Shown in pieces: positions 56,700 to 64,000 of a stretch of DNA of 64,000 nucleotides. This DNA is from an uncultured Gemmatimonadaceae bacterium (GTDB lineage: Bacteria > Gemmatimonadota > Gemmatimonadetes > Gemmatimonadales > Gemmatimonadaceae), in assembly GCA_963829055.1 (NCBI GenBank), contig CAWHHI010000020.1, forward strand, positions 896,001-960,000, given 5' to 3'. The notes below the pieces were generated by a model. The model was given only the letters and a program-made list of their open reading frames with translations. It had not been told where the DNA came from and did no database searches. The position numbers were made by a program, and so were the translations under genes. Numbering within the stretch: position 1 is the stretch's first letter; the number at the start of each line of letters is the position of its first letter.

Positions 56700-56920
56700 C
56701 GATCGCGAGCGACTTCGTGCTGCAGACGAATCCATCGAGCCTGTTCGAGCAGGATCGTCGCTCGACACATGACACGTGGCTGCTCCAGTACACGCGGGGC
56801 GAGCGCTACGACAAGCTGCGAAAGGACCCGCGTGGGCGCGGCGTCTCCCGGCTGACGGAGAGCACTGCACGTATCCGCGCCCTCCACGGCTCCGGAGCTG
56901 CCGGCAGCGACGCTAGGTGA
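56696..56920 (+). pseudogene. Remnant of a kinase-TPR C-terminus
   Basis: ATGA-coupled; HDTWLLQYTRGERYDKLRKDPR resembles the D-x-L-R-x-D-P-R tails of the paralogs. Confidence 0.5.
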
Positions 56921-57071
56921 CTGGCGATACGGCGCTGACGTCGGCTGACCGGTCCAACTTCAGGGCCTCGAGTGCGACCTTTCGGTCATGGCGGACGTCG
57001 CGGGCGGGATACACCGTGAGCTTGGCGCCCTCGGCCGCGAGACGTTCTACGGCCGAGCGGCCGGCGAGTCG
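56913..57071 (-). pseudogene. Decayed inverted kinase N-lobe fragment
   Basis: Manual translation RLAGRSAVERLAAEGAKLTVYPARDVRHDRKVALEALKLDRSADVSAVSPVT* aligns to LAGRYAIERxLGEGGMATVYLARDVRHDRKVA.K. Confidence 0.78.
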
Positions 57072-57121
57072 GCGTCCAGTGAGTCAGCGGTCTGGACGCT
57101 AGTGGTCGAGGACGCAATACG

Positions 57122-59565
<2,444 letters not shown>

Positions 59566-59639
59566 TGTCACTCGATAGCCACGGCGAGGTTACTCCACGC
59601 GCACACGCCTGACGCGACTTCGCGGTGGACGTGGGTAGG

Positions 59640-59770
59640 CTACCGACTCCAGCGTAGAAGCTGGTCGATCGCCAGGTCCGGCGTGAGACGCGTCGGGTTG
59701 CTGCCGTCGTCATTCATCACGTAAATCTCGCCACCAGCGTCGTCCCGCAGGCTGCGAAAGGCAATCCGCT
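59640..59770 (-). pseudogene. 3' remnant of a TolB/PD40 repeat gene
   Basis: RIAFRSLRDDAGGEIYVMNDDGSNPTRLT...RWSR*, paralogous to the 60554..61561 protein. Confidence 0.75.
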
Positions 59771-59771
59771 T

Positions 59772-60528
59772 ATGGAAGCGATGCGCGATGCCGAGCCGGG
59801 CATGTACGAGTACGAGCTGGAGGCGGCGGCGGAGTACGTGTACAAGCGCGGCGGCGCATACGGCGAGTCGTACTTCCCGCTCATCGCCGATGGGCCCAAC
59901 ATGCCGTACACACACTACCATAAGAATCGCGCGCGGCTCGAGTCGGGCCATCTCGTGCAATTCGATTGGGCGCCCGATATCGCGAACTACACGACCGACG
60001 TGACGCGCGTGTTCCCCGCGAACGGGAAGTTCACGCCGCGCCAGGGCGAGTTCTACACGATCTATCTCCGCCTGTACCAGGCCCTCATGTCGTCGATCCG
60101 CGTGCACGTGACCGCGCGCGAGATTATGGACAGCGCCGTGGTAAGAATGGATCGGATCATGGGTGCCTATCGATTCACGGATCCCGCAGATCAAGGCCAC
60201 CGCGGAGGGGTTCGTGAACCGCTATCGGCGGAATCCGAACGCGCCGGCGCGCGGCGGAGGCTCGTTAGGTCACAGCGTCGGGATGGAAGTCCACGACGTG
60301 CGGAATCCCACCCCGACGCTCGAGCCGGGCTACGTGTTCACGATCGAGCCACAGATGACCATGGAGAGTGGCGAGCTGTCGGTGCGGCTCGAGGACATGA
60401 TTCTCATTACCGAAACGGGCTATGAGAATCTCTCCGCGTTCGTGCCCATCGAAATAGTGGACATCGAGCGGCTCATGACGCAGCGCGGGCTCGGCGCATA
60501 CCGGTTGAAGGGAACGCTGGGGCGTTAG
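59772..60528 (+). pseudogene. Xaa-Pro aminopeptidase (M24) catalytic half, 5'-truncated; frameshift near 60185
   Basis: PGMYEYELEA; FDWAPD...[35 protein letters not shown]; no N-terminal domain. Confidence 0.8.
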
Positions 60529-60553
60529 GCATCCCCTCGCACCGTTGCTTCCA

Positions 60554-61561
60554 CTACCGGCTCCAGCGGGGGAATTCGTCAGCCCTGTTGCTCACCATGA
60601 GGCGCGTCTGCTCCGTACCGTCGGCGTTCATCACGTAGAGCTGTACGTTGCCATCGCGCCTGCTCTGGAAGACGATCTGCGATCCGTCAGTCGACCACGA
60701 CGGAAGCCCGTCGGACGTGGTCGCGCCGAATGTGAGCCGTGTGAGCCCCGAGTTGTCGAGGTTGAGCGTGTAGACGCCGTCCGAGCCCGAGGAATTGGAG
60801 ACGCTGAACGCGAGCCGTCGGCTGTGCGGGTCCCAACTCGGGTAGTCGAGCGTGCCGTCCTGAAACGTGAGCCGGCTGACGCCGGTGCCGTCCGTCTGCA
60901 TGACATACAACTCGGTCCCGAAGACTGGCTGATCGCGCGTGCTCACGAAGGCGATCTGACGTCCGTCGGAGGAGAACGTGGGCTGTCCGTCGAACGTGTT
61001 GTCGTTGGTCAGCCGAACAACCTGGCTGCCGTCGGCGTTCATCACGTAGATCTCGAAGTCAGGGCCCCTGGCCACCGCTGGATCGGCGGCATCGCGGTTG
61101 CTCGCGAACACGATCTGCTTGCCGTCCTTCGACCAACCCGGACTAACGTTGCTGGCGGTTCCGTTCGTCAGACGAACGACCTCGGTACCGTCGGCGTTCA
61201 TCACGTAAATCTCGCCAAGCGGATTGTCACGGTTGCTCACAAAGGCGATCCGCTTTCCGTCGGGGGACCAGACCGCCAACCGGTCCGTGCCGGGCGCGTT
61301 CGTCAACCGCTTCGGGTCGGTGCCATCGGGCTTGACGCTGTAGATCTCCAGGCTTGTTCCATCGCGATCGCTCGAGAACAGAATTCTCTGGTTGCTGCCG
61401 CTGACGTTCTTGCCAAGGTTGGGCGACGACGGCGATTGCGCCGTCGGCATGGGAGCGGCCGCATCCGAGCAGGCGTCGAGGCTGCCGGCGAGCGGCAACA
61501 GCAACGCGATGGTTGGCACGAATCTGCTCACGCGGCGAACACGATATCTCAGCATGTCCAT
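60554..61561 (-). CDS. TolB-like/PD40 beta-propeller lipoprotein
   Basis: LDAC lipobox; repeated WSPDGKRIAFVSNRD...EIYVMNADG. Confidence 0.9.
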   Translation of the reverse strand: MDMLRYRVRRVSRFVPTIALLLPLAGSLDACSDAAAPMPTAQSPSSPNLGKNVSGSNQRILFSSDRDGTSLEIYSVKPDGTDPKRLTNAPGTDRLAVWSPDGKRIAFVSNRDNPLGEIYVMNADGTEVVRLTNGTASNVSPGWSKDGKQIVFASNRDAADPAVARGPDFEIYVMNADGSQVVRLTNDNTFDGQPTFSSDGRQIAFVSTRDQPVFGTELYVMQTDGTGVSRLTFQDGTLDYPSWDPHSRRLAFSVSNSSGSDGVYTLNLDNSGLTRLTFGATTSDGLPSWSTDGSQIVFQSRRDGNVQLYVMNADGTEQTRLMVSNRADEFPRWSR

Positions 61562-61651
61562 GATCTGGTTGGTTGAAGGAAGTGGCGCTATGCGCGTTAT
61601 GTCCCATCACGCCGTCGCCGGTGGAATCCGGACACCCCAGGAGTGTGCGCC

Positions 61652-62224
61652 ATGAGTCTTCTCGGGCACGCCGATGACGCGGCCGCCATGCAGCGGCTCG
61701 CATTCGCCCTTGTCGATCGTTACCGCATCGAGCGCGAGCTCGGGGCTGGGGGCATGGCCACCGTGTACCTCGCGCACGACATTCGGCACGATCGCCCGGT
61801 CGCGATCAAGGTCCTTCATCCCGAGGTGGCCGAATCGTTAGGCCGCGAGCGATTCCTGCGCGAGATCCGCCTGGCCGCGAAGCTCACGCACCCCCACATC
61901 CTGCCGCTGCACGACTCGGGCGAGGGCGACTCGCGGCCCTATTTCGTGATGCCCGTGATCGAAGGGCAGACTCTCCGCGAGCGGCTGCAGCAGGAGGGCC
62001 AGCTGTCGGTGGAGTCGGCGGTGCGGCTCGCGTCCGAAGTGGCCGACGCACTCGACTATGCCCACCGGCGCGATGTCGTCTACCGCGACATCAAGCCGGA
62101 GAACATCCTGCTGCACGAAGGCCACGCGATCGTCGCCGACTTCGGCGTCGGTAAGGCACTGACTGCGGTTCCAGGGTCTGTTGACCCGGTCGTAGAGACC
62201 ATCGAGCTCCCGCGTGCTGCCTAA
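61652..62224 (+). pseudogene. Ser/Thr kinase truncated shortly after DFG
   Basis: DRYRIERELGAGGMATVYLA; YRDIKPEN; DFGVGKAL, then about 20 unrelated residues and TAA; no continuation seen downstream. Confidence 0.8.
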
Positions 62225-62296
62225 CGGCTCCAGCGGGAAGCGCTTGCGGCGGTGACTCGGGCCCGGTAGCATGGCTCGAACCCAGCAAGGCAAGCG

Positions 62297-63357
62297 ATGA
62301 GAACCACGCTCCGCGCATTTCTCGACCTCTTTTCGGGGCAGGGCCCAGCAGAACCACTGGAGCCGGACGACGACGAGCTGTTGATCGACCCGGACGCTCG
62401 CCTTTCCAAAGCGGAGCGAGCAAGGCGAAATACCGAGCGGCGTCAGGACCGCCAGCGGATCCTCGCCGAGGATCCGCATCATCCGACCGTCGAGCACATC
62501 GTCGACAATCGCGTGTTCCTCCTCGGTCTCGATCAACTGTATCGCACGAGAATGAAGCGCCACGAGAGTACGGAACTGCTCGCCTGCGCGCGTGCGGTCG
62601 CGGCGAAGCTGACCGTTCTCCCGGCCGGCGTGCCGATCGAGGGTTACTACGGGGAGACGACGAGGCTCACCGAGTACTTCCGCCTCATTCGCGGTCTGCA
62701 GAGCGTGGACAACAACAAGGTTGGTCGCGTCGCGCGGATGCGCGAATTTCGGCGGCTGTCCTCCATCATGGCGGCGCCGTTGTACGGGCGCCCAGTCAAA
62801 CAGCGTACTCTGTTTCCAGTCGGCTACGACTCACTCACGCAGGCGCTCGATGACACCACCGGGGATCTGAGTCAATTGACCGTTGGCAATCTCGTGGACC
62901 GTCGCATACCGCGTCGCGATCGAGACCAAGGACTTCTCCCTCGTGGGCCTCGCATTCTTTTGCGCGAGACGCGGTGATGATGGCCGCATTACGCGAGTCC
63001 GTCGTCTTGTACGCCGGAGTGACCAGATTTTTTCGGGAGCCCCTCGAGCCGCCTGTTCCCGTCTATGTATGGCACGTCGATCACGAGCTCGCGCGCCGAG
63101 GCGCGCGCTTCGCGGCCACGTTCAACGAGCTGTTCGATGACGATCTGCCGGAGCCCGTCGCGGAGAACGCGGATCTCTTCTTCGAGGCGGCGGACGAGAA
63201 CAAGATCTACGGACGATGCGTCCGTATCGCCGAGGACCCGGAGGCAGGCTTTTACCATTGGGCGGTGCGCCTCGGAGCGGATGGGAGACCGGCGGTCGAC
63301 GACTTTTGGGACACCGAGGTCTGGACGACTGAGCGCTATGAGCTCGAACGCGCGTAG
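62297..63357 (+). CDS. Hypothetical protein; frameshifts near 62900 and 62970
   Basis: Three overlapping ORFs join into one plausible protein (PIEGYYGE...LTEYFRLIRGLQ; DFSLVGLA; LRESVVLYA; YHWAV...FWDTEVWTTERY). Confidence 0.65.
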
Positions 63358-63422
63358 CGCCAGCGGACTCTTCGTACCGTGCCCCACTCTGGTAATGACT
63401 GGGAACTCACCGACGAGGACGT

Positions 63423-64000
63423 ATGAGCTGCGCTCAATGCGAGGGCATTGATCAGTTGTTCGACTCGAAGCGCGCACGCCGCCATCTCGAGAAATTCCGG
63501 CGCAAGGGCGCGGACCGGACGACCCGGATGCTCATCGAGGATGTGCAGGCCGCAATGCCCCAGCGCAGCGACGGCAACTCGGCCAGCCTCCTCCTCGATG
63601 TCGGCGCAGGTGTTGGGGCCATTCACCACACATTGCTCGACCGCGGAGTCGAGCGGGCGGTACACGTGGATGCGTCGTCGGCCTATCTGCGCTCCGCGCG
63701 CGAAGAGACTGAACGGCGAGGCCACGTGACGCGGGTGGAGTTCGTTCAGGGAGATCTCGTGGATGTTGCGGACCGCGTTCCGACGGCAGACATCGTCACG
63801 CTCGACCGCGTCATCTGCTGCTACCACGACATGCGCGGGCTGGTATCGCGATCGGGCGAAAAGGCGCGCTTCGTATACGGCGCGGTCTATCCTCGCGAGG
63901 GCTGGTGGACCCGACTCGTTGTCAATGCGGAAAATGTGTTCTTCCGGCTCCGAGGCTCTCCGTTTCGCACGTTTCTCCATTCGCCGAGCGACATCGACTC
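63423..64000 (+). CDS. Class I SAM methyltransferase (ChlM/BchM-like); runs off the window
   Basis: GAGGA RBS; MSCAQCEGIDQLFD; LLDVGAGVG; VDASSAY; DIVTLDRVICCY. Confidence 0.82.
   Translation, partial: MSCAQCEGIDQLFDSKRARRHLEKFRRKGADRTTRMLIEDVQAAMPQRSDGNSASLLLDVGAGVGAIHHTLLDRGVERAVHVDASSAYLRSAREETERRGHVTRVEFVQGDLVDVADRVPTADIVTLDRVICCYHDMRGLVSRSGEKARFVYGAVYPREGWWTRLVVNAENVFFRLRGSPFRTFLHSPSDID

Noticed and set aside
63336..63980. 214-aa minus-strand ORF
   Set aside because: Shadow of the plus-strand methyltransferase starting at 63423.
63423..64000. Photosynthesis gene bchM
   Set aside because: Only family-level similarity, and no other bch or puf genes are in the window.

Overview
High-GC (roughly 68% by eye) bacterial chromosome segment. 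It is most likely Gemmatimonadota, inferred from the many 'DRYRIERELGxGGMATVYLAxD..HxRxVA.K' receptor-type Ser/Thr kinases, ECF43 sigma-kinase pairs, PadR-ADOP permease and SusC/SusD pair. Many genes carry single-base frameshifts typical of an under-polished long-read assembly. I found no rRNA, tRNA, CRISPR array, integrase or transposase. The left part holds hydrolases, a 4-gene ATGA-coupled oxidoreductase operon, two ECF43/kinase modules, an ABC-2 exporter, SusC/SusD, a KaiC-like ATPase with a histidine kinase, a sulfatase and cysK. The middle holds a nucleotidyltransferase toxin-antitoxin-like pair, a hybrid two-component system and PadR-ADOP. The right third (46.3-62.2 kb) is a tandem array of kinase-TolB_N-TPR genes mixed with in-frame deletion remnants, a decayed inverted copy and an unusual four-domain multicopper oxidase. 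The most striking non-genic signals are: (1) the non-palindromic word CGTTAGG(C)/(G)CCTAACG, about 70 copies by manual count on both strands, in codons and in stop codons; (2) a nested CGTC-type/GTAG palindromic repeat family between convergent genes; (3) two large inverted arrays of short tandem repeats.
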